From contig CAWINB010000001.1 in the NCBI GenBank assembly GCA_963837465.1, forward strand, positions 139,915 to 203,914: DNA of 64,000 nucleotides. Direction: 5' to 3'. The first letter of the stretch is position 1. Every line of letters begins with the position of its first letter. The notes under the pieces were generated by a model. The model was given only the letters and a program-made list of their open reading frames with translations. It had not been told where the DNA came from and made no database searches. The translations under genes and the position numbers were made by a program. Source of the DNA: Candidatus Doudnabacteria bacterium. GTDB taxonomy: Bacteria > Patescibacteriota > Doudnabacteria > UBA920. Shown here piece after piece: positions 29,433 through 38,379 of the stretch.

Positions 29433-29906
29433 TTAAACATAGAGTACCGAGGCTCTCAGAAATCCCCGTAACAGTTCCCGGTCATTCCTGATTTTACGAT
29501 AACTCCTGCCAACCGCGGCCTTTAACAGCGGCAAGCCTTTGGGCCGCAGGTTGCATAAATGTTTGTTCTTCATAGCGGACCACAGGTATTCGGCCGGGTT
29601 GAGTTCCGGCGCGTAAGCCGGAAACCGCTCCACCTTCAGCCAATGCTTTTGAGTTTTGAGGTATTCTATCGTCGCTTTAGCCTTATGCGCCGATAGTCCG
29701 TCCCAAAACAACAACAGCTTCTTACCCTTTAAGTGGCGTTTCAGTTCTTTTAAATAGTCAATAACATCGGGAAATTTGACGCTATGGGGCAGGCTTTTTA
29801 AAAACAACCGGGGATTATTGCCTTTAGGGGTACAAACAATTGTCCCGGAAAGGCTCATTGTCGCCCAAGAGCCCGTGGATTGTATTATCGGCGTCCTGCC
29901 CACCAC
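29433..29906 (-). CDS. IS630 transposase, C-terminal DDE part (orfB)
   Basis: DDE_3 motifs (LLFWDGLSAHK...ERFPAYAPELNPAEYLW). Confidence 0.8.
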   Translation of the reverse strand: MVGRTPIIQSTGSWATMSLSGTIVCTPKGNNPRLFLKSLPHSVKFPDVIDYLKELKRHLKGKKLLLFWDGLSAHKAKATIEYLKTQKHWLKVERFPAYAPELNPAEYLWSAMKNKHLCNLRPKGLPLLKAAVGRSYRKIRNDRELLRGFLRASVLYV

Positions 29907-29982
29907 AGACCAGGTTCTTCTGACAGTAGGTTTTTCAGAAATTCCCGACTCATCGTGGAAGCCCAGTAAATACAGGTGTTTA

Positions 29983-30480
29983 TCAGCCCATTTTTTTTAA
30001 GGCCGGAAAGCTTTGAACTTTCCAGGCTTTGATGGCTGACTCATCGCGTTCTTTGGCTCTGGTTTCAGGCTTTTGGCAGGAAAAGCCCAAAGAGATGAGA
30101 ATTTTCCAGACATGGCCCGGGTGGTAGTTAACCTTACTGATGCTTTTAATTACCTTGCCGATCCTTTGAAGTGTCCATAAGTCGGTGGAATAACCCAGGG
30201 CTTTGGGGCCCTTTAAGATAGCGGCTTTGAGCTTTCTCCGGTCTTCATTATCCAGTTGAGGCTTGGGGCCGGGCCTGCCCTTGCTTTTTAAGCCCTCTAA
30301 ACCGCCATCTTTATAGAGCTCCACCCAGTTACTGACCGCCTCAAAGCTGACTTTTAGCTTTTTGGCTATAAAATACTGGCTTTTGCCCTGGCTATGGAGC
30401 CTGATGGCTTGTCTGCGGCGCGACTCCAGCGCCTGTGGATCCCGTTTGCGAGACCCTGAAGATATATGTTTGTTTTTCAT
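29983..30480 (-). CDS. IS630 transposase, N-terminal HTH part (orfA)
   Basis: HTH/winged-helix transposase N-domain; frameshift-coupled to the downstream DDE ORF. Confidence 0.8.
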   Translation of the reverse strand: MKNKHISSGSRKRDPQALESRRRQAIRLHSQGKSQYFIAKKLKVSFEAVSNWVELYKDGGLEGLKSKGRPGPKPQLDNEDRRKLKAAILKGPKALGYSTDLWTLQRIGKVIKSISKVNYHPGHVWKILISLGFSCQKPETRAKERDESAIKAWKVQSFPALKKMG

Positions 30481-30735
30481 ATACCTTCATGGTAGCACAA
30501 AATTAATCCATATTCAAGCTAATTGGCGAAGGTCAATAGGAGATTGAACGGCATCGGATTTTCCAGCAGAGGGTGCTTAACATCAAGGAGAAAATTGACG
30601 TCAAAGATGTTGAGCTAAAAAGCTACACAAAATATGTGTTGGAGCATGGCAGTATTGTTGAGAAGCGGAATATTTTAAGCTGCTTAAAATCAAGACTAAT
30701 TTTTAAAGACAAAATTGTAACATTACTGTGATCTG

Positions 30736-30780
30736 GATCCCGGATATTTTTCAGATAAAGCCCTGAAAAATTCCGGGATG
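30736..30780. repeat. Half-copy of the 20778–20887 hairpin element (atcccggatatttttcag...ctgaaaaattccgggat)
   Basis: Near-identical to the right half of the 20.8 kb element; forms a hairpin. Confidence 0.5.
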
Positions 30781-30913
30781 ACGCCATCAGGCATAAACAA
30801 AAATACGGCCATCGCTGGTCGTACTTTTGTTTTCGGTAAAGGCATCTTTTATCGAGCTTAGGTCTAGAACTTAAAACTCCGCGCGCGCCTCGATAACTCG
30901 ATAAAAAATGTCT

Positions 30914-30987
30914 TGGCAGGGGCGGTAGGAATCGAACCTGCGCTAACGGTTTTGGAGACCGTTGTACTGCCATTATACGACGCCCCT
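30914..30987 (-). tRNA. tRNA-Trp (anticodon CCA), CCA encoded
   Basis: Cloverleaf folded by hand: acceptor AGGGGCG/CGCCCCT, anticodon stem ACGGT/ACCGT with loop CTCCAAA, T-loop TTCGATT. Confidence 0.75.
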
Positions 30988-31317
30988 ATACAAACATTTG
31001 ACCTTTGACTTTTAACAATTAACTTTTCGGTCAAATGTCAGGCGTCAAAGGTCAAATGTTGCTAAACTATTTCGTTTCCTTGTGCAAAGTTTTCTTTTTG
31101 CAGAATTTGCAGAATTTTTGGAGTTCCAGGCGTTTTTGCGTGTTCTTTTTGTTCTTTTTGCTCTGGTAGTTCAGATTGTGACAAATTGCGCACTCCAGGT
31201 TTATGAGATGATCTTGGGACATTTTTTAAGAACCTTTGACATATGACATTTAACATTTAACCCTCTGCAGCGACAGGCGTTAATTGTTAATTGTCAATGA
31301 TTAATTGTTTGCTATAT

Positions 31318-31393
31318 TGGAGCCGGCTGTCGGACTTGAACCGACCACCTACGGTTTACAAAACCGTTGCTCTACCAGATGAGCTAAGCCGGC
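31318..31393 (-). tRNA. tRNA-Thr (anticodon TGT), CCA encoded
   Basis: Acceptor GCCGGCT/AGCCGGC, D-stem GCTC/GAGC, anticodon loop TTTGTAA, T-arm GTCGG-TTCAAGT-CCGAC. Confidence 0.8.
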
Positions 31394-31592
31394 ATTGGTT
31401 ACCTTAAACAGCAGGTAACTCAAAATATTTTACCATAAACCCAAAAAAAAATCCAGCGGTTCGTATAAAGACCAAAAACTGGATAAAACCGCCCCAATAT
31501 GATAAAATTGCCTATATTGTTAGGTTAATTGTTTCCGTCAAAGGCGGATCCGCCTTTGACGGAAAAGATAAAAGATTAAGGATAATTTTTAC

Positions 31593-31667
31593 GGCGCTAT
31601 CGTCTAACGGTTAGGACAAGTGGTTCTCATCCACTAAATCGGAGTTCGATTCTCCGTAGCGCTACCA
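31593..31667 (+). tRNA. tRNA-Glu (anticodon CTC), CCA encoded; 3' end overlapped by the recombinase gene
   Basis: Acceptor GGCGCTA/TAGCGCT, anticodon stem AGTGG/CCACT with loop TTCTCAT, T-arm CGGAG-TTCGATT-CTCCG. Confidence 0.8.
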
Positions 31668-33153
31668 AGACCAAACTTTCAGACAATTTAGATTTGTTCA
31701 CAAGGGCTGCCTTAAGGGCAGCCCATTGTGTTTGTGGGACAAATTCTATTTTTTGATTTTTTAAAAACAGGTTCGAACCGAAGATTTTTTGTGCAGCCGA
31801 TTTTTTGGGGTGCAATTCTGCGCCCTGCGTGATTGCGCCCAGGTTTTCTGCGTCTTTGAGCCATTGTGTCAGGGGTTCAAACCAGGCATCCCGCTTTTGT
31901 TCAAGACGGGCAATTTGCTCCTCCAAAGACTTCTTTTCCAAGACGAGCTTATTCTTTTCTTCTCGGTACTTCTCCCTCTCAATATCCTGGTCTAAATACA
32001 TATTCTGTAGTCTTTGGAGCCTGCGGTCAATGCCCTCAATTTTTGACCGCAGGTCTTTGACAAAAGCCGACGTGGACTGTGCGGACTGCTGCCGTTTCTG
32101 CTGGGCCATAGCTAAAAGCTTTTCTGCCCAGCCCTTGGGCATAATAAATTGTTTTAATGTTTCTGACAGCTGGTTGATTAAAACCTCGTCCCTAACAAAG
32201 GGCTGTGAGCAGACAACGTTTCTCTTGGTGCAATGGTAATAAACATAACGGTGAACGTTGCCGTTTTTTTGGCGCTTTTCCCTTTGCTCAGCAGTAACAC
32301 CCCGGCCGCACTCTCCGCAGTGGAATAATCCACAAAGCAATTGGGGGTTATTTTTAGTTTCCTTGTGCGGCCTGCCCCGATACTTTAAAACTTCTTGGAC
32401 TTTATCAAACAATTGCTTGCTAACGATTGGCTCGTGCTTGCCTTGATACAATTCGCCACCAAAGCGGAATAGTCCACAGTATATAGGGTTAGAAAGCATG
32501 TAGGAAATTTTATCCCGTTTGAAAAGTTTGCTGCCACGGGAAATTAATCCCTGACTTTTAAAAAATTCTCCTACATCCTCCAAACGGTACTGGTCTTTGG
32601 CATACAGCTCAAAAGCGGCTTTGACGATTGGCGCTTTGTTTTTATCAACAGCTATAGTTTTAGTCCTTAAGTCATTAATGTAGCCGATTGGAGCGAGGCC
32701 TGGGTATTCACCGCGCTTGGCTTTTTCGTACATGCCGCGTTTTGTGTTAGTGCTTAAATCTCTAACATACTGATTGGCAATACCAAACTCCATTTGCATC
32801 ATCAAAACATTATCAGCAGAATAATAACTTTTGTCATGGGTTTGAATATGCTGGATTGTGCCCTCTTGCAGCATCCAGCTAATTTGAGCAGCGTCCACAG
32901 GATTACGAGCTAATCTATCCAACTTCCAGCAGACTATGCCTTGGGCTTCACCTTTGTTAATACGGGCAAGCATATCAGTAAATACAGGGCGCCCGGGTCT
33001 TTTGGCCGACTGTTTTTCAACAAATTCGGAGGCAATATTTAAGCCCTGTTCTTTTGCTAAGGTCCTCAAAACAGCAAGCTGATCTTCAATAGACCGGACT
33101 TGCTTGTCTTCTACATCTGTGGATTTACGGGCGTATAAAAAGTAGCCTGGCAT
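31627..33153 (-). CDS. Large serine recombinase (integrase), intact
   Basis: N-terminal resolvase catalytic motif YARKSTD...Q, recombinase domain, zinc-ribbon cysteines (C..C...C..C), coiled-coil; the stop lies 40 nt inside tRNA-Glu. Confidence 0.9.
   Translation of the reverse strand: MPGYFLYARKSTDVEDKQVRSIEDQLAVLRTLAKEQGLNIASEFVEKQSAKRPGRPVFTDMLARINKGEAQGIVCWKLDRLARNPVDAAQISWMLQEGTIQHIQTHDKSYYSADNVLMMQMEFGIANQYVRDLSTNTKRGMYEKAKRGEYPGLAPIGYINDLRTKTIAVDKNKAPIVKAAFELYAKDQYRLEDVGEFFKSQGLISRGSKLFKRDKISYMLSNPIYCGLFRFGGELYQGKHEPIVSKQLFDKVQEVLKYRGRPHKETKNNPQLLCGLFHCGECGRGVTAEQREKRQKNGNVHRYVYYHCTKRNVVCSQPFVRDEVLINQLSETLKQFIMPKGWAEKLLAMAQQKRQQSAQSTSAFVKDLRSKIEGIDRRLQRLQNMYLDQDIEREKYREEKNKLVLEKKSLEEQIARLEQKRDAWFEPLTQWLKDAENLGAITQGAELHPKKSAAQKIFGSNLFLKNQKIEFVPQTQWAALKAALVNKSKLSESLVLVALRRIELRFSG
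31663..31790. repeat. IR-a, copy 1 (~120 bp; encodes the recombinase C-terminus and ends exactly at the tRNA-Glu 3' tACCA)
   Basis: Reverse complement is near-identical to 33590–33709. Confidence 0.8.
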
Positions 33154-33244
33154 AGCTTTTTGGTTTAAATGTTAAAATCTGTTATCATGATATTGATAGA
33201 ATATCATAACATTATCATACTATCAAATTAATAATATTACCGCA

Positions 33245-33445
33245 ATGCAAAATACTATTGGAGACAACATTAAAAAGAGACGTCTAAAACTCAAACTATC
33301 TCAAGAAGAGTTTGCCCAAAAGTCCGGCGTTAAATATACAACTCTAACAAAAATTGAGAGCGGGGTCATTAAAACTCCTTCGGTTTTAATTGCTGCTAAA
33401 ATAGCAAAAGGCCTAGCAATTTCTATTGAGGAGTTAATAAAGTAA
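33245..33445 (+). CDS. XRE-family HTH transcriptional regulator
   Basis: 66 aa; canonical HTH_3 (LSQEEFAQKSGVKYTTLTKIE). Confidence 0.75.
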   Translation: MQNTIGDNIKKRRLKLKLSQEEFAQKSGVKYTTLTKIESGVIKTPSVLIAAKIAKGLAISIEELIK

Positions 33446-33589
33446 CTTCTACAATTTTTTTATCAGGGAGCCCATAGCCTAAAGCTGCGCGAACTGGGAG
33501 GGTGGGTTAGCGGCTTTTCATTACTTAATTTTTTTGTTTCCTCTGCGTCTTGCGTTCTTGCGCCCTGCGTCCCCCAAAAAATCTTCCCT

Positions 33590-33709
33590 GGTTCCGAACC
33601 TGCTTTTAAAAAATCAAAAAATTGAATTTGTCCCACAAACACAATGGGCTGCCCTTAAGGCAGCCCTTGTGAACAAATCTAAATTGTCTGAAAGTTTGGT
33701 CTTGGTACC
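33590..33709. repeat. IR-a, copy 2 (inverted); gives rise to a 72-aa chimeric ORF at 33534–33752
   Basis: Near-identical inverted copy of 31663–31790; abuts IR-b at ggta/ccc. Confidence 0.8.
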
Positions 33710-34061
33710 CTTATTCGATATTTTACAAACCTATTATACCCAAAACAGCTGACCTTGGCTACCCTAAAACAGCTCTTGCTTAGGGCTGTTTTTTGATTTA
33801 AAATGGGGGTACAAACTAGTTGAACAGCTAGTTGAATCCGGGTTCAACTAGTAAAGTTCCTAAACACCCTAATTCCATTACCTTTTCTTAAACCACAAAC
33901 CTTGACTATCACCACGATTTCCACTGGCAGACAAAGAAAAATAATGGAAAGAAATACTAACTACTAAAATACTTAAAATACTACTATCTATATACTCTAA
34001 AAATATACTAAAATACCAAACTAAAAACTAACCAAAAACAGAAACAAAACAGGGTGCAAAA
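33706..34061. repeat. IR-b, copy A (~357 bp)
   Basis: Exact reverse complement of 45832–46189 over its full length as far as could be read. Confidence 0.85.
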
Positions 34062-34116
34062 TGGGGGTGGAAAAATTTTTGTGTCTTAACCGCCGCGATG
34101 AGCGGCGGGACAGGGG

Positions 34117-36909
34117 GTGGAAAAAACTAAGTTTGCTTTTATGTCAATCCCAAAACTCGCCTTGGCTTATCCGACAACTCACCCTGTAGCCCACAAAGTT
34201 CTATCCCCCGCAGCTAGCACCAAGGGTGCCGATTTTTTCACCGGTCCCCTGTATGCCAGTACCATTGGCAACCTTCCTGCGTGGGAGCGGACGACTTCAA
34301 ACATAGCGGGCTGCCTGTTCCTCGTAGTGATTGGCTACACTGTGCTCCACAAACTTGGCTTCTTCCCCAAACACGCCTTTGAAAAGATAAAGCTAAAAAG
34401 CAAGGACGTAGACAAATGGCTAGAGAACACTGTGTACTTTGAAATCACCATCCCCAAGAACTCCCAGGCCACGGCCTTTCAAATCCAGCAAAAGATATTA
34501 AAGGCCTTCCACTCAATATATATTGATCCGGTGGAAGGCGCACATAACTTTAGCAGCCTTTGGGAGTTTGTCTACTACTTCCAAAAGCTCTGGAGAAGAA
34601 GCAAAGTCAAACGCTCCCAAAAGACTTTCTTTAGTATGCAAATCTGGGCCCAGCACCCGTTCATTTCTTTTAGGCTCCAAGTCCACGAAGCTGACTTTAC
34701 CCGGGTGGAAAAAGCCATTTTTAACGCCTACCCAGCGGCAGAGATTACCATGTTAGACAAGTCCCAACCCCTTAAGGAAATTACCCAATTTTCCCAAGAC
34801 TTTTTAGCATATGGGGAGACAACTATAGAGGGGCCATTTTACCACAGACTGAAAACCTTTAAGGACGTATCTAGCGAGCCTGTAGATTCTATGGTCTCGG
34901 TCATGGAAGGCCTAAAGAAGGGCGAGTTTATGGTCTACAATGTCCTAATTTCTCCCTCTTCCCATTACTTTAACCAAATCCTCCATTACCTCATAGAAGA
35001 GCAGGAACAAATGGGAGCGGTAGATATGGGCAGACGCAGGTTGACTATCCAAAAGCGGGGCTCAGGCTCGGAATTGGCCAACGCTTTAAACTCGGCCATG
35101 ATTGAAAAGATGAAAGCTCCACTGTTCCAAACCATAATATCCTACTGGACGATAGCCGAAACCAAGAACGAGGCTGAGAATAAACTCCGCAGCATCCAAG
35201 GGGCTTTGACCGAGCTGAACCAAAAAAATATGAACACGCTTAAGTCTAAGCTGCTGTTTACCAAGCAGGTACAGAAACTTGAGCGTAAGGGCAAGCTGGC
35301 TGGCATAGTCAGCCAAAAGCCGGTGTTCAAGTTAAGACGTTTTCCGTTTTGGCCCTTTGCTAAGTTTAAAAACTATGGGCAAAAAATTTCTGACGGGGAG
35401 CTTTACTCCTTTTGGCATTTGCCTAATACCCAAGATGGGACGGTATCGTCCATTAACCTAACCAGATTTAAAAAGCTCCCGGCCAGTCAGCAAATCAGGC
35501 GCTACCCTAAGGACTTCTTTCTGTCCTTAGGCCATAGTAATTTCCGTATGCAGGATAACGCCCCCATTGGCATTGCCACTTGGGATGACTTAAAAAAGCA
35601 CGTTTACATCTTAGGGGGAACAGGAGCGGGGAAGTCCGAAACCTTGAAAACTATCTTAAATAGCCTGTTACAAAAACAAGGCCAGGAAAAGTGTGCCCTG
35701 CTCATCGTCGACCCCAAGAATGACTTTGCCACGGATTTGCTAACTATGATACCGGAAGACCGCAAAGCTGACGTAGTATATTTTAACCCCCAGAGACAAA
35801 AAGACCGCCCGTTGGCTTTTCCGTTCTTCTCCAAGTTTTCAGGACAAAAGACCGATGACGAAAAACTGGAGTTTTTAATCTCCATAATGAAAAGGTTTGT
35901 CCAGATAGATTCCGCTTTTTCCTGGGGGCCGGAGCTCGAAAATATCCTGCGCCAATTATTTGCTACGGCCTACATACTGCCCCAGCAGTCCCTGTCCGGC
36001 CTTGACCTGCTCCTGCACCAACCCGAGCAAATCGGCAGGATGATTCCCTTTTTACCCCCAAGACTTCAAAACTTCTGGTCTAACTCCATATTAAAGCGCA
36101 GCAGCAATGATTTGGCTAAGTATCTAGCCACTACCAACAACAAGCTGGGTAAGTTTTTGGATTACCCGGAGTTTATGAATATCGTGGACAGGCAAAACAC
36201 TAAAATTTCCTTTGAGGATATGATTAACCAAGGCAAGATATTTATCGCAAACCTTGGCTCCAGTAGCGAGCAGATGAAAAAATATTATTCTGTTTATCTC
36301 TCTGCCCACATTGCCGAGGCTATCTTTGGGCAGGCCAGACTTTCCAGCGAAAACAGAAAACCCACGGTCTTTGTGGTGGACGAGTTTCAAAGGGTGGCCA
36401 GTGATATCTTTGAAACCCTATTTTCCGAAGTTAGAGCTTTCAATACTGCTTTGGTAATCAGCAACCAATTCATGGGACAATTAGACCCAAGAATCCAAAA
36501 ATCCATAGAGTCCAACATTGCCACTAAAATCTTTATGCGTACCCAGTCGGTGGATGACGCAGAGATTGCCGAAAAGATTTTAGGCGGCAAGGCCTTAGTG
36601 GAGGACATTATCAACCTGCCCACTGGCACGGCTTACATTAAAACCTTAGTTTCGGGTGTGCCGCAGGACGCAATGTCGATAAACATTAAAAAGACCGAGC
36701 ACCACAGGGAAAACGCCAAAGAAACCGAGGATTATTTTATTCAGCAGACTATGGAAAAATACGGCACGCCGCAGGACGATATTATCTGGGAACGCACCGC
36801 CGTAAATTCCATATACTATTCAGGTGACAACGAGGAACAGTTTAGTAAAGCTATGAGTCAAAAAAAGACGACTGCCGAGACGGCAGGTGAAGCGGAGAAG
36901 CAGCCTTAA
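34117..36909 (+). CDS. Membrane-anchored P-loop ATPase, TraD/VirD4/TcpA-like (AAA-like/DUF87) conjugative coupling-type protein
   Basis: N-terminal TM helices; Walker A ILGGTGAGKSE; Walker B VFVVDEFQRV; 930 aa. Confidence 0.5.
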   Translation: MEKTKFAFMSIPKLALAYPTTHPVAHKVLSPAASTKGADFFTGPLYASTIGNLPAWERTTSNIAGCLFLVVIGYTVLHKLGFFPKHAFEKIKLKSKDVDKWLENTVYFEITIPKNSQATAFQIQQKILKAFHSIYIDPVEGAHNFSSLWEFVYYFQKLWRRSKVKRSQKTFFSMQIWAQHPFISFRLQVHEADFTRVEKAIFNAYPAAEITMLDKSQPLKEITQFSQDFLAYGETTIEGPFYHRLKTFKDVSSEPVDSMVSVMEGLKKGEFMVYNVLISPSSHYFNQILHYLIEEQEQMGAVDMGRRRLTIQKRGSGSELANALNSAMIEKMKAPLFQTIISYWTIAETKNEAENKLRSIQGALTELNQKNMNTLKSKLLFTKQVQKLERKGKLAGIVSQKPVFKLRRFPFWPFAKFKNYGQKISDGELYSFWHLPNTQDGTVSSINLTRFKKLPASQQIRRYPKDFFLSLGHSNFRMQDNAPIGIATWDDLKKHVYILGGTGAGKSETLKTILNSLLQKQGQEKCALLIVDPKNDFATDLLTMIPEDRKADVVYFNPQRQKDRPLAFPFFSKFSGQKTDDEKLEFLISIMKRFVQIDSAFSWGPELENILRQLFATAYILPQQSLSGLDLLLHQPEQIGRMIPFLPPRLQNFWSNSILKRSSNDLAKYLATTNNKLGKFLDYPEFMNIVDRQNTKISFEDMINQGKIFIANLGSSSEQMKKYYSVYLSAHIAEAIFGQARLSSENRKPTVFVVDEFQRVASDIFETLFSEVRAFNTALVISNQFMGQLDPRIQKSIESNIATKIFMRTQSVDDAEIAEKILGGKALVEDIINLPTGTAYIKTLVSGVPQDAMSINIKKTEHHRENAKETEDYFIQQTMEKYGTPQDDIIWERTAVNSIYYSGDNEEQFSKAMSQKKTTAETAGEAEKQP

Positions 36910-36955
36910 TTTTTTTCAAATTTAATTTTAAAATTTTTACTCATTTAAAACAAAT

Positions 36956-37837
36956 ATGGAACTTCAACTGACCCCGCGACAGGAACTTAAAGCCTACAAC
37001 ATCAGGCTCAACCAAGGCACCTTGGAAATTTTGACTTTGGTGTTTGAATTTAAAATTGCGGCAGCGTGGCACATTTCCAGGCTTCTGTCCGGGCGTGACC
37101 AAAGCAAGTATGTTTATCTCAAGCTCCGCCGGATGTGGCAGGCTGGCTACTTGGACAGCTTTAAACTATTTACCGGCTCTATGGCAGGAGTGCCTTTGTA
37201 CTACATGCTCTCAAAATCTGGCCTAAAAGTTTTACTTAAAGAAAACCTCTACAGTCCTAGCCAAATATCCAAGTACCCGTCTCCCCAGATTTTGTTTTCT
37301 TCCGGGCTATTTGAGCATGAAAAGGATGTGGTGGAACTGGCCAGCAAGGAAGCCAAAAATCAGACCAAGGATTTAAAGATTAAGTTTAAGGGCGAGATAG
37401 CCTCTCAAGGCACGGACTTTATGGACGACAAGACCATTGAAGCCTTAACCCCCGACTATACGGTGCTATATACTTATCCAAACCAAACACAAATCGTTTA
37501 CAGCGAACTGGAACGCACCCAAAAGGGCAAGCAGGCCATGCTCCGCAAGGTAGAGCGTTACAAAAATTTCCTGAAACCCGAGCAGCTTAAAAACAGAACT
37601 TTAAGGCTTATTTTTCAAACGCCAGAAATGGAAGCCAGCTTTTGGCTGAACATTTATACTAACCGACCCGGGCTTTTAAATACCATTAGGCTAGTAACCA
37701 CCAATACTTTACTGCTTAAAGACCATAACAAATTTGTGGAAGAAATTTATGCTACCCACAAAACAATTAAGCTATCCAAGCCTGTGAGGTTAGTAGTAGA
37801 CACTTCTAAAAGGATAAAGCTGTTTGAGTTTTTGTAA
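36956..37837 (+). CDS. Hypothetical protein, possibly replication-relaxation family (winged-helix N-terminus)
   Basis: Weak resemblance only; adjacent to the coupling-type ATPase. Confidence 0.3.
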   Translation: MELQLTPRQELKAYNIRLNQGTLEILTLVFEFKIAAAWHISRLLSGRDQSKYVYLKLRRMWQAGYLDSFKLFTGSMAGVPLYYMLSKSGLKVLLKENLYSPSQISKYPSPQILFSSGLFEHEKDVVELASKEAKNQTKDLKIKFKGEIASQGTDFMDDKTIEALTPDYTVLYTYPNQTQIVYSELERTQKGKQAMLRKVERYKNFLKPEQLKNRTLRLIFQTPEMEASFWLNIYTNRPGLLNTIRLVTTNTLLLKDHNKFVEEIYATHKTIKLSKPVRLVVDTSKRIKLFEFL

Positions 37838-37952
37838 AGACGTTAGGTTAAAAAATTTTAATCAGTTTTTTAACGCCCAAACTAATTGCTCTATTATCTT
37901 ATCGCCCATGAATTTAGCCACCCTTTTCAGAGTGGCTAAATCTTGTATAGGA

Positions 37953-38114
37953 TTAAACTTCAAAGTATTTTTTGATGTTTAAATTGCTGGGGCCGCAACC
38001 CGGACAGGTAACGGTGTCCAGGTCAATGACTTCTTCCCGGCTGGCGCTCCAGCAATTCTGGCAGTTAGGGCAAGTGATTAAATACTGAAAGTAAGCTGTT
38101 AGTGTTTTTAGCAT
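37953..38114 (-). CDS. Small zinc-ribbon protein (53 aa; CPNC...CPGC)
   Basis: Translated by hand from the minus strand; too short for the ORF track; two CxxC pairs. Confidence 0.35.
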   Translation of the reverse strand: MLKTLTAYFQYLITCPNCQNCWSASREEVIDLDTVTCPGCGPSNLNIKKYFEV

Positions 38115-38224
38115 TGTTTTAAAGTTAGTTGTTTAAGAAAGATTTTTGTTTTGGTATTAGTTTAAATTGTGTATCATTCTCCTTTCCTTTGGCTTAATTA
38201 TCATGGCCAAATAGCACTGGCCGA

Positions 38225-38320
38225 AAGTTTTAGGTGTCAACGGGATTGAAAATATTTTATGCCCCACGGGAAATAAATTATTTTCACCCTTGAGCATCCT
38301 AAAAACCGGACAGTATAATG
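38225..38320. repeat. Promoter-bearing ~96 bp repeat, copy 1 (ggtgtcaacggga...tataat)
   Basis: Shares ggtgtcaacggga, the tttatg stretch, gataaa and the -35/-10 layout with 39603–39698. Confidence 0.5.
38290..38319 (+). promoter_or_regulatory. Sigma70-like promoter (TTGAGC-18-TATAAT) inside repeat copy 1, upstream of the 229-aa ORF
   Basis: -35 and -10 hexamers read directly. Confidence 0.45.
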
Positions 38321-38379
38321 AGGGCAGATAAGGAAGCAAAGGAAAAGCTGTTCCCATTTAGTTTTATTTTTGATATATT

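Larger units (their letters stand above)
29404..30536 (-). mobile_element. IS630/Tc1-mariner family insertion sequence with TA target-site duplication
   Basis: 18 bp terminal inverted repeats ttgactttcgccaattag / ctaattggcgaaggtcaa (one mismatch); flanked by TA at 29402–29403 and 30537–30538; transposase in two ORFs. Confidence 0.85.

Noticed and set aside
30623-30973. 116-aa minus-strand ORF
   Set aside because: It overlaps tRNA-Trp (30914–30987) and the hairpin repeat at 30736–30780. Its only 'conserved' peptide (FSGLYLKNIRDP) is produced by the repeat itself, and the same artefact appears in ORF 20726–20917.
33534-33752. 72-aa ORF as an independent gene
   Set aside because: It is created by the inverted copy of the recombinase 3' end (IR-a') reading into IR-b. 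It is a by-product of the repeat junction and not a distinct gene, though it is informative for the recombination model.
38157-38357. 66-aa minus-strand ORF
   Set aside because: It lies entirely within the promoter-bearing repeat copy 1 and its hairpin, with no coding features.
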